DNA of 64,000 nt from Acutalibacteraceae bacterium (lineage in GTDB: Bacteria > Bacillota > Clostridia > Oscillospirales > Acutalibacteraceae). This document shows, piece after piece, positions 9,375-19,573 of this stretch. The notes beneath the pieces are model-generated. The model made no database searches and was not told the origin of the DNA. It saw only the letters and a program-made list of their open reading frames with translations. The stretch spans positions 15,668 through 79,667 of the forward strand of contig JAZRST010000065.1 in assembly GCA_045651625.1 (NCBI GenBank). The letters are read 5' to 3'. The position numbers and the translations under genes were made by a program. The first letter of the stretch is position 1, and every line of letters starts with the position of its first letter.

Positions 9375-10448
9375 TCATCCCTTTATAAGATTTGCTATAT
9401 CATTAAAGGTAATAAGTGCCATAAGACCTAAAAGAAGTATAAGTCCTGCTGCGTGGACTATTGCTTCAAATTTCTTGGGTACGGGACGTCTGAAAATAAC
9501 CTCAATTCCGATAAACAGAAGTCGTCCGCCGTCAAGAGCCGGAAGGGGAAGAAGGTTAACTATACCGATATTCACGGTAATGAAAGCCAGAATGAATATG
9601 ATTGAAGCGTAATCTGCAGAGCTTACCGCATCGCTTGCGGTGTCTGCCACGATACCGATTGTGCCTACGGGACCCGAAAGCTCATCCATACCGTAATTTC
9701 CGCCAAGCATATCAATAAGGCTCAGCCATATCATCTTTGTCATTGAAAGGGTTTCCTTCACGGAGCCGGGAAGGATATTGAGTGCCGATACCTTCTCGCT
9801 GCCTACTATAAACGAGCAGTAGCCCTCTTCCATATCGTAATAAACGGGAAGCTCGGTAAACTCGATTTTTTCACCGTCTCTTTTAAGGGTTATGTCGTAA
9901 TTGCCGTCGTTGTTTCTGTAAAGACAGTAGTAAAGGTCACGGGCAGAGTGTACTCTTGTGCCGTCAATGCTTATAATTTCGTCACCTATGAGAATACCCG
10001 TCTCGGCGGTATACATATTTTCCGTAACGTCACTTACAACGGTTGTTGGTACTGTACCGCTGATTCCCAGCATTATGCCGATAAGAACAAGACCGAGCAC
10101 AATGTTCAGAATTGCACCTGCGGCAATAACGATGAATCTCTTCCATGCCTTCTGATTTCCGAATGCTCTCGGGTCGTCAGAAGCCTCGTCCTCTCCCTCA
10201 AGGGACACGAAACCGCCTATGGGAAGAAGTCTTAAAGCATAAAGAGTTTCTCCCTTGCGCTTTTTTAATATGGCAGGGCCCATGCCGATTGAAAATTCAT
10301 TAACTTTTATCTTGAAAAGCTTTGCAGTGCTGAAATGACCGAATTCGTGAAGTGCAATTATAACTCCGAAAAAGAGAATTGCAAAAAGAATCGGCCATAC
10401 TTTGCCCCATACGGCGCCTGCCGAAACTGAAAGTGCAAGATTTTGCAA
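9375..10448 (-). CDS. rseP: RIP metalloprotease RseP/RasP (M50 site-2 protease with PDZ domain)
   Basis: 357 aa. HEFGHF zinc motif, central PDZ-like segment (GDEIISIDG), C-terminal NLLPLPALDGG. The apparent start codon is TTG, with GGGTGA upstream. Confidence 0.87.
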   Translation of the reverse strand: MQNLALSVSAGAVWGKVWPILFAILFFGVIIALHEFGHFSTAKLFKIKVNEFSIGMGPAILKKRKGETLYALRLLPIGGFVSLEGEDEASDDPRAFGNQKAWKRFIVIAAGAILNIVLGLVLIGIMLGISGTVPTTVVSDVTENMYTAETGILIGDEIISIDGTRVHSARDLYYCLYRNNDGNYDITLKRDGEKIEFTELPVYYDMEEGYCSFIVGSEKVSALNILPGSVKETLSMTKMIWLSLIDMLGGNYGMDELSGPVGTIGIVADTASDAVSSADYASIIFILAFITVNIGIVNLLPLPALDGGRLLFIGIEVIFRRPVPKKFEAIVHAAGLILLLGLMALITFNDIANLIKG

Positions 10449-10504
10449 GGAATATCACCCTTTTAAATATTTTATCATATTATTTATATGTGAAAACACA
10501 GAAA

Positions 10505-11650
10505 TTATACAGCGTTCAGTACTGCCCGGCGTGCAAGTCTGTCTGTTTCGAAGACATCCTCAAGCGTAAAGTCCTTCTTGTCGGGAGTTACGTCGAAGGC
10601 TGTTCTTATAAGTCTTCCGAGATCCAGGAAGCCGATTTTGCCTTCTCTGAAAAGTCGGTTTGCTTCCTCGTTTGCGCTGTTTACCGCTGCAGGATAAAGA
10701 CCGCCCATTGTTATTGCCTCACGGCAGATGTTAAGACAGTCGAATACCTCGTAATCAGGCTGGAAGAATGTAAGCTTTCCTATTTCCGCAAGCTTTAATT
10801 CACCAACGGGAGAAGCGAATCTTTCGGGATAGGTCAGTGCATACTGAATGGGGATTCTCATATCGGGAAGCCCCAGCTGTGCAATAACGGAGTTGTCGTC
10901 ATATTCCACCATTGAGTGGATAATGCTTTCTCTGTGCACAAGAATATCAATATTTTCGGGTGCTACACCGAAAAGGAAGTGTGCTTCAATAAGCTCGAGT
11001 CCCTTGTTGAACATAGAAGCCGAGTCGATTGTGATTTTGGCTCCCATATCCCAGTTGGGATGTCTGAGGGCATCAGCCGCAGTCACGTTTTTCATTTCCT
11101 CACGGGTTTTACCGAAAAACGGGCCGCCCGATGCCGTAAGTATAATCTTTTTCAGTGCCTTGTTTGAGGGCTTTCCCTGAAGACACTGGAAAATTGCCGA
11201 ATGCTCACTGTCAACGGGAAGAATCTCCTTGCCCGTCTTTTTTGCGGCTTCAAGAACGAGATTTCCGCCTGCTACGAGAGCTTCCTTGTTCGCAAGAGCA
11301 AGAGTTTTTCCGCTTCGGAGCACGGAAAGTGCGGGACGAAGACCTGCAAGACCTACAATGGAGTCAATAACAGTGTCTGCATCCGTATCGGAGGCGCACA
11401 TGCATACGCCCTCGGCACCTGAGTAAATCTTTGTTGAGGTGTCCTTACAGCGGAGTCTGAGCTCTGCTGCTGCCGCAACGTCGGAAAGAGCCGCCATTTC
11501 GGGCTTGAATTTTCTTATCTGCTCTTCAAGCTTTTTGAAATCACGGTTTGCCGTAAGTGCCGTTACCTTGTAGCCCGCCTTTTCGGCAACATCAAGAGAC
11601 TGAACGCCGATAGAGCCGGTTGATCCTAAAACTGCAATTTTCTTTTCCAT
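10505..11650 (-). CDS. dxr: 1-deoxy-D-xylulose 5-phosphate reductoisomerase
   Basis: 381 aa. IAVLGSTGSIG, LANKE, PVDSEHSAIFQC and HPNWDMG motifs. Confidence 0.93.
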   Translation of the reverse strand: MEKKIAVLGSTGSIGVQSLDVAEKAGYKVTALTANRDFKKLEEQIRKFKPEMAALSDVAAAAELRLRCKDTSTKIYSGAEGVCMCASDTDADTVIDSIVGLAGLRPALSVLRSGKTLALANKEALVAGGNLVLEAAKKTGKEILPVDSEHSAIFQCLQGKPSNKALKKIILTASGGPFFGKTREEMKNVTAADALRHPNWDMGAKITIDSASMFNKGLELIEAHFLFGVAPENIDILVHRESIIHSMVEYDDNSVIAQLGLPDMRIPIQYALTYPERFASPVGELKLAEIGKLTFFQPDYEVFDCLNICREAITMGGLYPAAVNSANEEANRLFREGKIGFLDLGRLIRTAFDVTPDKKDFTLEDVFETDRLARRAVLNAV

Positions 11651-11663
11651 AACTGTTCCTCAA

Positions 11664-12506
11664 TTATAAAGAGAATACGAGAATCAATGAATAAAGCACG
11701 GGGAAAACGAAGCAGGAGCTGTCGAAGCGGTCCATAACTCCGCCGTGTCCGGGAAGAAGATTTCCGAAATCCTTGATTCCGTGATGTCTTTTGATTGTTG
11801 ATGCCGCAAGATCACCGAAGATGCTTATAACTGAAAGGCATACGGAGAAAATAATGATGGCAGGAAGTGTGATTCCCTGAGAAAGGTCAAAGAAGCTTCT
11901 GAATACGAAGAATAAAATCACATTTATTACTGCCGTACCTATAACGCCGCCGATTGCACCTTCAATTGTTTTCTTGGGGGAAATAACGGGGGAGAGCTTG
12001 TGCTTGCCGAAGAATTTTCCTGCAAAGAATGCGAAGGTATCCGAAAGCCAGCAGCAGAAAAATCCGAAAAGAATAAAGAAAATGCCGTCAGTCTTTATGT
12101 ACTTATCGGGGAATGCAAGATATAAATCTCTGTAGAGAATTATGCAGGAAAGGGCTGAGGGAACGAATACAGCCGAGCAGAGTGAGCAGGCAACCTGCTC
12201 AAATTTGAGCTTTTCGAAATCAAGCACCATTATTATAAGAGAAGCCACAACCACCAGTGTCACAACGGGGAACATGGGGATGCCGAGCTTTTCCTTATAC
12301 TCAAACCAGAAGGGAAGAGCCGCGGAAATTGCAATGCAAAGACCTCTGAATACGACATTTTTTACTTCAAATACCTTTGTAAGCTCAAATACGCCGATTG
12401 CTGCAACCAGTGCGATAAAAACAGAGAAAACAGGGGTATACATTGAAAAAAGCCAGCCTATAACGGCTAAAGCACCTACAACGCCTGTGATAATACGAGT
12501 TTTCAT
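11664..12506 (-). CDS. cdsA: Phosphatidate cytidylyltransferase
   Basis: 280 aa polytopic protein. C-terminal SPKKTIEG...KRHHGIKDFGNLLPGHGGVMDRFDS signature. Confidence 0.9.
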   Translation of the reverse strand: MKTRIITGVVGALAVIGWLFSMYTPVFSVFIALVAAIGVFELTKVFEVKNVVFRGLCIAISAALPFWFEYKEKLGIPMFPVVTLVVVASLIIMVLDFEKLKFEQVACSLCSAVFVPSALSCIILYRDLYLAFPDKYIKTDGIFFILFGFFCCWLSDTFAFFAGKFFGKHKLSPVISPKKTIEGAIGGVIGTAVINVILFFVFRSFFDLSQGITLPAIIIFSVCLSVISIFGDLAASTIKRHHGIKDFGNLLPGHGGVMDRFDSSCFVFPVLYSLILVFSL

Positions 12507-12535
12507 AATAAAAATTTCCTTATAATTTAATATCA

Positions 12536-12557
12536 GGCGGATGGGTAATCATCCGCC
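12536..12557 (-). other. Intra-operon stem-loop between uppS and cdsA
   Basis: GGCGGATG-ggtaat-CATCCGCC. No T-tract follows on the coding strand, so it is probably a stability or processing element rather than a terminator. Confidence 0.3.
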
Positions 12558-12590
12558 CTTATTCTGTGATTGTTCAATAATTTCCGTGAA

Positions 12591-13316
12591 TCAGACACCG
12601 CCGAAGCGACGGTTTCTTTTTTCATAGGCTCTTAAAGCCTCGTCAAAGTCATCCTCCGAAAAATCAGGCCAGAGAACGTCGGAATACCAGAATTCAGCAT
12701 AAGCTGACTGCCACAGCAGGAAGTTTGAGAGTCTCTGCTCACCGCTGGGACGGATAACAAGGTCAACGGGAGGCTGCTCCTCCGTATAAAGACCGCTTCC
12801 TATTGTTTCCAATGTTATTTCATCGGGCTTAATTTTACCTGAAAGAACATCCTCGGCAATATTTTTCACGCTGTGAAGAATTTCCTGCTGTCCGCCGTAG
12901 TTTACTGCAAGGTTGAGATTGATCTTAGTCATATCCTTCGTTGCATTTTCAAGATAATCCATAGCGGCACGAAGCTCGGGAGTAAGTCGGCTTCTGTCAC
13001 CGAGGAAACGGAGTCTGATGCCCTTTTCGAGGTTTTCCTGAAGTCTGTCCTCAGCCTCCTGAAGATAGTCTCCGAAAAGTTTCATTATTGCACTGACCTC
13101 TTCTTCGGGACGGGACCAGTTTTCTGTAGAAAAGGCATAAAAGGAAATATGCTTTACACCGAGATTACCTGCATATTCACCTATTCTTCTGAAGGTTTTT
13201 GCCCCCTCAATGTGACCCATATGACGGGGAAGACCGCGGTTTTTTGCCCATCTTCCGTTGCCGTCCATAATGACGCCTACGTGAGCCGGCAGAATACTGA
13301 ATTTTTTATCACTCAT
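12591..13316 (-). CDS. uppS: Isoprenyl transferase (undecaprenyl diphosphate synthase)
   Basis: 241 aa. HVGVIMDGNGRWA, FSTENWSRP and RLSNFLLWQ motifs. Confidence 0.93.
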   Translation of the reverse strand: MSDKKFSILPAHVGVIMDGNGRWAKNRGLPRHMGHIEGAKTFRRIGEYAGNLGVKHISFYAFSTENWSRPEEEVSAIMKLFGDYLQEAEDRLQENLEKGIRLRFLGDRSRLTPELRAAMDYLENATKDMTKINLNLAVNYGGQQEILHSVKNIAEDVLSGKIKPDEITLETIGSGLYTEEQPPVDLVIRPSGEQRLSNFLLWQSAYAEFWYSDVLWPDFSEDDFDEALRAYEKRNRRFGGV

Positions 13317-13318
13317 AA

Positions 13319-13873
13319 TCAGATTTCCATAATTTCTGCTTCTTTTGCGGAAGAAACAGCGTCAACCTGCTTGATGAAATCGTCTGTGATCTTCTGAACC
13401 TCACCTTCACCGAACTTGAGGTCGTCTTCGGTGATTTCGGAATTCTTCTTCATAGCCTTGAGCTTTTCAAGAGCATCTCTTCTGATGTTTCTGATAGCAA
13501 CCTTTGCATTTTCTGCAGTTGCCTTAACGTCCTTTACGAGAGACTTTCTTCTTTCCTCAGTAAGGGGAGGGAATGCAAGACGGATAACTGTACCGTCATT
13601 CTGAGGATTGATGCCGATATCGGAAGCCTGAATAGCCTTTTCAATAAGCTTGAGAGCGGATTTGTCCCAGGGCTGGATAACAAGGATTCTTGCTTCTGCA
13701 ACTGAAACTGCAGCCATCTGATTTACGGGAGTGGGAACACCCCAGTAGTCAACTCTGATGGGATCAAGAACTGCAGGATTTGCTCTGCCTGCACGGATAG
13801 AATTATATTCTGAGTTAAGTGCAGAAATGGACTTTGTCATTTTTTCCTTTGCGAATTCAAATACGGTTTTCAT
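13319..13873 (-). CDS. frr: Ribosome recycling factor
   Basis: 184 aa. IRAGRANPAVLD, and conserved gene order after pyrH. Confidence 0.95.
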   Translation of the reverse strand: MKTVFEFAKEKMTKSISALNSEYNSIRAGRANPAVLDPIRVDYWGVPTPVNQMAAVSVAEARILVIQPWDKSALKLIEKAIQASDIGINPQNDGTVIRLAFPPLTEERRKSLVKDVKATAENAKVAIRNIRRDALEKLKAMKKNSEITEDDLKFGEGEVQKITDDFIKQVDAVSSAKEAEIMEI

Positions 13874-13907
13874 TTTGGTTTACCTCCGAAAAAATATTGT
13901 AATGAAA

Positions 13908-14612
13908 TTATTTGACTATTGTGCCGATGTTTTCACCGAGAACTGCGCGCCTGATATTCTCGGGATCGTTAAGATTGAAAACAAGAACGGGAAGACGGCT
14001 GTTGCCTGCAAGAGCAGCTGCAGTGTTATCCATAACACCGAGGTGCTTTTCAAGTATTTCGTCATAGGTAAGCTCGTCGTACTTTACAGCATCAGCGAAC
14101 TTGTTGGGGTCCTTATCGTAAACGCCGTCAACGTTCGTAGCCTTGAAGAAAATGTCACATTCGGTTTCAATTGCTCTGAGAGCCGCACCTGAGTCCGTGC
14201 TGAAAAGGGGACTTCCCGTGCCGCAGCCGAAAATTACGATTCTGCCGCTTTCCATAAGCTTCACGGCTTCATCCTTGTTGAAGGGAACTGCCATTCTCTG
14301 AATGTCGAGAGCGGTCATTACAACAGCGTCGTTTCCTGCCTGAATAAGACCCTCCTGAAGAGCAAGACAGTTGATAACGGTAGCAAGCATACCCATATGG
14401 TCTGCTCTCGTTCTGTCCATATCACCGCTGCTTCTGCCTCTCCAGAAATTGCCGCCGCCAACAACGATACCGATCTGCACGCCGAGGTCTGCAACCTCTT
14501 TGATTTTTGCACAGATGCCGTTTACCATATCAAAGTTAATGCCGTGTCCCGCTTCACCTGCGAGAACCTCACCGCTTAATTTGAGAAGTATTCTTTTATA
14601 AACAGGTTTCAT
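13908..14612 (-). CDS. pyrH: UMP kinase
   Basis: 234 aa. YKRILLKLSGE, VVGGGNFWRG and FSTDSGAALRA motifs. Confidence 0.95.
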   Translation of the reverse strand: MKPVYKRILLKLSGEVLAGEAGHGINFDMVNGICAKIKEVADLGVQIGIVVGGGNFWRGRSSGDMDRTRADHMGMLATVINCLALQEGLIQAGNDAVVMTALDIQRMAVPFNKDEAVKLMESGRIVIFGCGTGSPLFSTDSGAALRAIETECDIFFKATNVDGVYDKDPNKFADAVKYDELTYDEILEKHLGVMDNTAAALAGNSRLPVLVFNLNDPENIRRAVLGENIGTIVK

Positions 14613-14685
14613 AAAATCCTCCTATAATTTTCCTGATAACCATTTTACCCCAAAAACAACGATATGTAAAGAAAAAAATACAAAC

Positions 14686-14713
14686 TTGACTAATTTTTTA
14701 TATATGATATAAT
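14686..14713 (+). promoter_or_regulatory. Promoter of nahK
   Basis: TTGACT (14686-14691), 16 nt, TGnTATAAT (-10 at 14708-14713). AAGGAG RBS before the ATG at 14746. Confidence 0.5.
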
Positions 14714-14745
14714 TTAAATCACTCAGAATAAGGAGTTAATGTTTT

Positions 14746-15873
14746 ATGTTTACCTATGATGAAATAAAGGCAATTCTTGATAATTTTGCAATAGCGGGAA
14801 AATTCATTTCCTACGGCCCCATTGACGACGGTCACATCAACGATACCTTCCGTGTAGTTTATAACGTTGACGGCAAGGAAATGTGCCATCTTCTTCAGAG
14901 AATCAACACAACTGTTTTCAAAAAGCCCGACGAGCTTATGGCTAACGTTGACTGTGTTACCTCCTTCCTTCGCGACAAAATAATCGCTTCGGGTGGTGAC
15001 ACCGAAAGAGAGGCACTTTACTGCAAGCCCACAAGAACGGGTAAGAAGTATTTTATTGACGACAAGGACAGAGTATGGCGTCTTTACAACTTTGTTGAAA
15101 ACAGCTATTCCCATAACTCAATCGAAAGTCCCGAGGTTTTCTTCAATGCAGGTAAGGCATTCGGTGAATTCCAGAGACTGCTTGCGGATTTCCCCATTGA
15201 TAAGCTTTATGAAACGATTCCCGATTTCCACAATACGGGCAAGCGTTACAGAAACCTTGTGAACTCAATCGAGCAGAATCCCAAGGGCAGAGTAAAGTAC
15301 GTTACTGAAGAAATCAATTTCTGCTATGAGCGTCGCAACGAAACCTATATCCTTACGGGCAAGACTCTTATCGGTGACCTTCCCTTAAGAGTTACACATA
15401 ACGATACGAAGCTCAATAACATTCTTTTTGATAAGACAACTGATGAACCCATCTGTATCGTTGACCTTGATACCGTTATGCCGGGACTGAGTCTCTACGA
15501 TTTCGGTGATGCTATCCGTTTCGGTGCAAACACAACCACAGAGGATGACAAGAATCTCAACAACGTGTCACTTGACCTCGGTCTTTACGAGCAGTACGTA
15601 AGAGGCTTCCTTACGTCAGCAGGTGAAAGCCTTGTTGCTGAGGAGGTAAGACTTCTTCCCTTCTCCGCAAAGATGATGACTCTCGAATGCGGTATGCGCT
15701 TCCTTACCGACTACATTGACGGTGACGTTTATTTCAAGACTCACTATCCCGACCATAACCTTGACCGCTGTCATACACAGTTTGCTCTTGTTGCAGACAT
15801 TGAAAGAAAGTACAGCGAAATGATGGAAATCACCGCAAGGGCTTACGAGGAAATCTGCGGAAAAACACTTTAA
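14746..15873 (+). CDS. nahK: N-acetylhexosamine 1-kinase (APH-fold; GNB/LNB pathway type)
   Basis: 375 aa. It is collinear, from memory, with Bifidobacterium NahK: GDGHIN.T, PLRVTHNDTKLNNILFD, DLDTVMPG, FGDAIRFGA, ECGMRFLTDY..GD.YF. Confidence 0.82.
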   Translation: MFTYDEIKAILDNFAIAGKFISYGPIDDGHINDTFRVVYNVDGKEMCHLLQRINTTVFKKPDELMANVDCVTSFLRDKIIASGGDTEREALYCKPTRTGKKYFIDDKDRVWRLYNFVENSYSHNSIESPEVFFNAGKAFGEFQRLLADFPIDKLYETIPDFHNTGKRYRNLVNSIEQNPKGRVKYVTEEINFCYERRNETYILTGKTLIGDLPLRVTHNDTKLNNILFDKTTDEPICIVDLDTVMPGLSLYDFGDAIRFGANTTTEDDKNLNNVSLDLGLYEQYVRGFLTSAGESLVAEEVRLLPFSAKMMTLECGMRFLTDYIDGDVYFKTHYPDHNLDRCHTQFALVADIERKYSEMMEITARAYEEICGKTL

Positions 15874-15889
15874 TTCAATAAAACCAAAA

Positions 15890-15920
15890 AGTAGTACCTT
15901 GACGGTACGACTTTTTTTTT
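15890..15920. terminator. Bidirectional terminator between nahK and the convergent TPM gene
   Basis: AGTAGTACC-ttgac-GGTACGACT followed by T9. An A5 run precedes it, which serves the opposite strand. Confidence 0.6.
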
Positions 15921-15987
15921 GCTTCAAGACACAGCGTGTCTTCCTACAGTGTCACTCTTCATTTTTATCTTTTACTTTTTACTTCAA

Positions 15988-16908
15988 TTAAAAGCTTCCT
16001 CTTGAGCCGCCGTGGGTTCTGCCTGAGGATGAGCGGTGGGTGGAGCTTCCTCCTCCGAAGGAGCTTCCGCCTCTAGAGCCCGTGTTATTATTCTTGGGCT
16101 TGGGTGTTTTCTTTACGTTGCTGTAAAGGAAAACGTCACGCTGACCCGTAAGTCCGAAGCTTCCGGGAATTACGTAATCGGAAGCAGAGGGCTTGCTTTT
16201 TACGGTTTTCAGCTGAGATTTAAGGAAATTCGTGTATATGATTGCAATAACAATACCTATGACAACGGAAATAACAAGCCATTTTACAGAGAAGAAATTG
16301 GTTTCTGCAGGCTGATAATAATCGTTTTCGTAGCCGTAGTCATAGCCGTAATCGTAATCATAATCATCGTCAGAGGGGATATATACGTTTCCCTCTCCGC
16401 CGAAATCGTTGAGATAGGTGTTATAATCATCAAAGATTTCTATGCACTTTTCGTAGTATGCAATAAATGCCGTGGTGTAGCTTCCCTGAGAAAGGTAGGG
16501 AACGAAGGCATTTTCAATCTGTAAAAGATTATAGTCCGTAAAGATATCAATTGCCGTGCCGTGGGTTGTGATTGCAAACTCACGGTAGCCCATATCCACA
16601 ACCAGCATTATGCCGTCGTCGTTGTCACCCCAGCCGAAGCCGTTGTAATCGTAATAATCATCGGCAAATGCAGTGATGTCGTAGCCGTCTGTGGAATTTA
16701 CCGTAAGGAGGGCAACCTCGCATTCGTAGCCTTCGCTTATCTGCTCGAGCTTGGAGTTGAGTACTTCCTCGTCGTAATCGGGAATAAGGTCTGCAAGGTC
16801 GTTTACGAGAGCCGTGCGTCCGCCGTCCTCATAGGTATAAGCAGAAGCCGCAGCAGTAAGGCAGAAAAGCATAAGAACGGACAATAAAATAATAGTAAGT
16901 TTTTTCAT
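15988..16908 (-). CDS. TPM-domain (TLP18.3/Psb32/MOLO-1, YgcG-like) membrane protein with Gly/Ser-rich tail
   Basis: 306 aa. Signal peptide, TPM core (LVNDLADLI...EVALLTV...GIMLVVDMGYREFAITTHG), Tyr/Asp-rich linker, one TM, C-terminal GSRGGSSFGGGSS. Confidence 0.8.
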   Translation of the reverse strand: MKKLTIILLSVLMLFCLTAAASAYTYEDGGRTALVNDLADLIPDYDEEVLNSKLEQISEGYECEVALLTVNSTDGYDITAFADDYYDYNGFGWGDNDDGIMLVVDMGYREFAITTHGTAIDIFTDYNLLQIENAFVPYLSQGSYTTAFIAYYEKCIEIFDDYNTYLNDFGGEGNVYIPSDDDYDYDYGYDYGYENDYYQPAETNFFSVKWLVISVVIGIVIAIIYTNFLKSQLKTVKSKPSASDYVIPGSFGLTGQRDVFLYSNVKKTPKPKNNNTGSRGGSSFGGGSSTHRSSSGRTHGGSRGSF

Positions 16909-16921
16909 TTCTTGTCCCTCC

Positions 16922-18019
16922 TTAACCCATAAACAGATTGTAAAGAACAGTCAGTCCGAAGCCGATAACCGTTCCCACAGCGGCTGATACCACAAAATAT
17001 TTTTTGTATTTACCCTTGTCAACGGGCAGGTCGCCTACGAATTTTCCCGTCTGTCCGTTCATTGCAAAGGTGAATTTTTCACCGTTGAAGGTGGTATTCA
17101 GAAGCCATACGGGATAAAGTGCGTATTTTGAGGAGCCCGAATTCATATTTACGTTACAGCCTGAGGGTAAAACAGTGGTATATCCGCTGACTGTTGAAGC
17201 AAGTGCATCTGAGGTGCTCTGCTTTATTCTTTCGTTTGCACGGGCAATGCTGTCTTCAACGCTGACGTCATATTTGTCTGCAAAGAAGCCCGAAAGGTAA
17301 GCCGTCTGAAAATCAACCGCCTCGGAGAAATCAAAGGGCTCAATCGATTCCATAAGCTCATCCGCCATTTTCGTGGAGCCGTCGACGGGAATCTTTGAAA
17401 ATGCCATATTACCGCTTCTGAAAATGGAGAAATGTCTGGTTTCGGTGTAGTTGTAATTGCTGTCACTGTAGTGGCGCACTCTTGTTGCCTTGTACTGTGC
17501 ACTGCCTGAAACCGATGCATCAAAAAGCCAGAAGGGGACGTAAACACCCTTTATTTCGTCAATGTGATTCTTATCCTTGAAAACAGAGGGAAGAAGCTTT
17601 TTGCCCGTTATGTGCTTTTTGTAGTTATCCATAGCCTGCTTTTTATCGAGCTTGAAGGGGATTACGAAATCGGGCTTAAGAAGTCCCTTAAGGTTATCTG
17701 TCATAACAACGGGATTGCCGCAGAAGGGACAGCTTGTTGCCGCCGTGGTGGCATCCGTTATGATTTCACCGCTGCAGGAGTTGCAGATATAGCTTTTTAT
17801 TGCGCCGTCTGCCGCCTCCTCCCAGAGGCTTTCACTGCTGTCATCCCAGTTGAAGCGGTCTTCCTTCGTTTCCTCTTCACTGAGGGCATTGTCAAGCTCC
17901 TTAAGAGCCTCTGTATCGTACTCCGTATCACAGTAGGGGCACTTCATCTTCTGAAGCGCCGGATTGAACTCAATTTTTCCTGCGCAGGACGGACAGATAT
18001 AATCCTGAAGATTTGCCAT
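16922..18019 (-). CDS. Double zinc-ribbon protein with a C-terminal TM anchor (conserved Firmicute hypothetical, frequent neighbour of TPM genes)
   Basis: 365 aa. CPSC..x..CPYC and CNSC..x..CPFC pairs. C-terminal NGQTGKFVGDLP followed by a TM helix. Confidence 0.65.
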   Translation of the reverse strand: MANLQDYICPSCAGKIEFNPALQKMKCPYCDTEYDTEALKELDNALSEEETKEDRFNWDDSSESLWEEAADGAIKSYICNSCSGEIITDATTAATSCPFCGNPVVMTDNLKGLLKPDFVIPFKLDKKQAMDNYKKHITGKKLLPSVFKDKNHIDEIKGVYVPFWLFDASVSGSAQYKATRVRHYSDSNYNYTETRHFSIFRSGNMAFSKIPVDGSTKMADELMESIEPFDFSEAVDFQTAYLSGFFADKYDVSVEDSIARANERIKQSTSDALASTVSGYTTVLPSGCNVNMNSGSSKYALYPVWLLNTTFNGEKFTFAMNGQTGKFVGDLPVDKGKYKKYFVVSAAVGTVIGFGLTVLYNLFMG

Positions 18020-18042
18020 GGAATCACATCCTTAAAAAGTAG

Positions 18043-19563
18043 TCATAATAATTTTTTCAGCCAGTAAGCAGGTGTACAGCTCCATGCATGGCAGGCTGAA
18101 TTAATTTCGGGAGCGTTGTACGGGGATTCAAGCGGATTTTCGGTATTGAAGATTTCAGGACAGCAGTCAAAGCCGGCTTTTACGATTTTTCCCCATTTGT
18201 CCTTTATGAAGCTGAGTGCTTCATCCTTAAGCCCTGAATTATAAAGAGCTTCAATATAGTAGTGCATCATATAGGGGGTGCGCATTGTAAGCTCAGTAGG
18301 ATATTTATTTATTCGGTCAAGTACCTTGACTGCTTCTGTATCGGTCAGAACTCCCGACAGGACTGCCCATATCTGAGAGTGATATGAAATTTGTCCGGAA
18401 ACAGCTGTAAACAGACCTGTTTTTTTGTCATAGCAGCTGTTAAGAATTTCTGCTGCTTCTTCTATTTCTTTTTTTACCGCTTCTTCGGATTTTCCGAGTA
18501 TCTCCGATAAGGTCTGCAGCTGCTTCAGTGTGTAAATGTATACACCGAGAAGAGCCGTCGATTTGTCAAGCCCCGGACACCAGTCAATAAAGCAGTTAAG
18601 GTCGATTCTTTTTTCTTTCTTGATGAATTTTTTCTTTACCGCTTCAAACTGAGCAAAAGCCACGGAGTAAAGCTCTTCAACAAGAGAAATATCTCCCGTG
18701 TTCTTGTACCAGTCGTAAAGGCATGAAATGAAAAACAATGAGTAATCACAGAATACCCATTCATCAACAAAGGGAGGTGAATCGGGGAAAATGCAGGGAG
18801 CCACCATTTTATGCTCACCCGTTGCCGAAGCGAAAAGATATATGCATCTCTTTATTAGATTAAGATTTCCGAAAATGCCGTAATCCGTCATTGCCTGAAG
18901 CTTGAGATCTCCTATCCACAGTCTGCGGTCGCGCTTGGGCCCGTCCTCAAAAACCTCCTGCTGACATTCCTTAAGAGTTTTTACGGATATACTGTAGATT
19001 TCCTTCAGTAAAGCATCCTCCGACGGAGAGGGAGGTGCATTTTTTATGTCAGCTGCAGATACCGCAGTTACGGACAATGCATTGATTTTTACTGTGAAGG
19101 ATGCGCTGTCCGTTCTTTTTATTTTCAGATAACGGAAGGCATATCTTCTGTCAAGCCTTGCTCTGCATGGGGTAAAAACAAAGGAGCGCTCTTCATTCTG
19201 AAGCCAGCCGCTTCCGAGACCGCCTTTGTATTCTTCGGGCTTTGTTTCAGTTTCAAGAGGAAATTCACCGAAGGTAAAATGAAGCCTTACGGGGGAGTCT
19301 GTAATTTTTATAAGACCGTCGTTGTCAAGGGAAATATTAAGATATCCTGTAAAATGATCGCCGAAGTCAAAAAGAATTTCTTCTCCGCTTTTTATTTCAA
19401 CGGGAAAAACGGCATCGGAAATTTTTCTGACTAAAAGCCCCTGAAAGGCATTTTCATCCTTTTCTATAACTGCAGTATTTTTGGGGAATGCTTCAGTCTC
19501 AATAAGGGGAGCCTTTAAGTCCGCTGCCTTTTTTCGGAAGGTTTCATTAACAATAACTGCCAT
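18043..19563 (-). CDS. Cytoplasmic six-hairpin glycosidase-like protein (GH78 alpha-L-rhamnosidase-related)
   Basis: 506 aa with no signal peptide. EDGPKRDRRLWIGDL resembles the D.P.RER..W.GD motif of Bac_rhamnosid6H. C-terminal SACHAWSCTPAYWL. Confidence 0.5.
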   Translation of the reverse strand: MAVIVNETFRKKAADLKAPLIETEAFPKNTAVIEKDENAFQGLLVRKISDAVFPVEIKSGEEILFDFGDHFTGYLNISLDNDGLIKITDSPVRLHFTFGEFPLETETKPEEYKGGLGSGWLQNEERSFVFTPCRARLDRRYAFRYLKIKRTDSASFTVKINALSVTAVSAADIKNAPPSPSEDALLKEIYSISVKTLKECQQEVFEDGPKRDRRLWIGDLKLQAMTDYGIFGNLNLIKRCIYLFASATGEHKMVAPCIFPDSPPFVDEWVFCDYSLFFISCLYDWYKNTGDISLVEELYSVAFAQFEAVKKKFIKKEKRIDLNCFIDWCPGLDKSTALLGVYIYTLKQLQTLSEILGKSEEAVKKEIEEAAEILNSCYDKKTGLFTAVSGQISYHSQIWAVLSGVLTDTEAVKVLDRINKYPTELTMRTPYMMHYYIEALYNSGLKDEALSFIKDKWGKIVKAGFDCCPEIFNTENPLESPYNAPEINSACHAWSCTPAYWLKKLL

Positions 19564-19573
19564 AATAAACCTC

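Noticed and set aside
15926-15942. Second small hairpin (AAGACAC-agc-GTGTCTT) next to the nahK terminator.
   Set aside because: It is a 7-bp stem with a 3-nt loop and no adjoining T-tract on either strand. The neighbouring 15890-15920 structure already explains termination in both directions.
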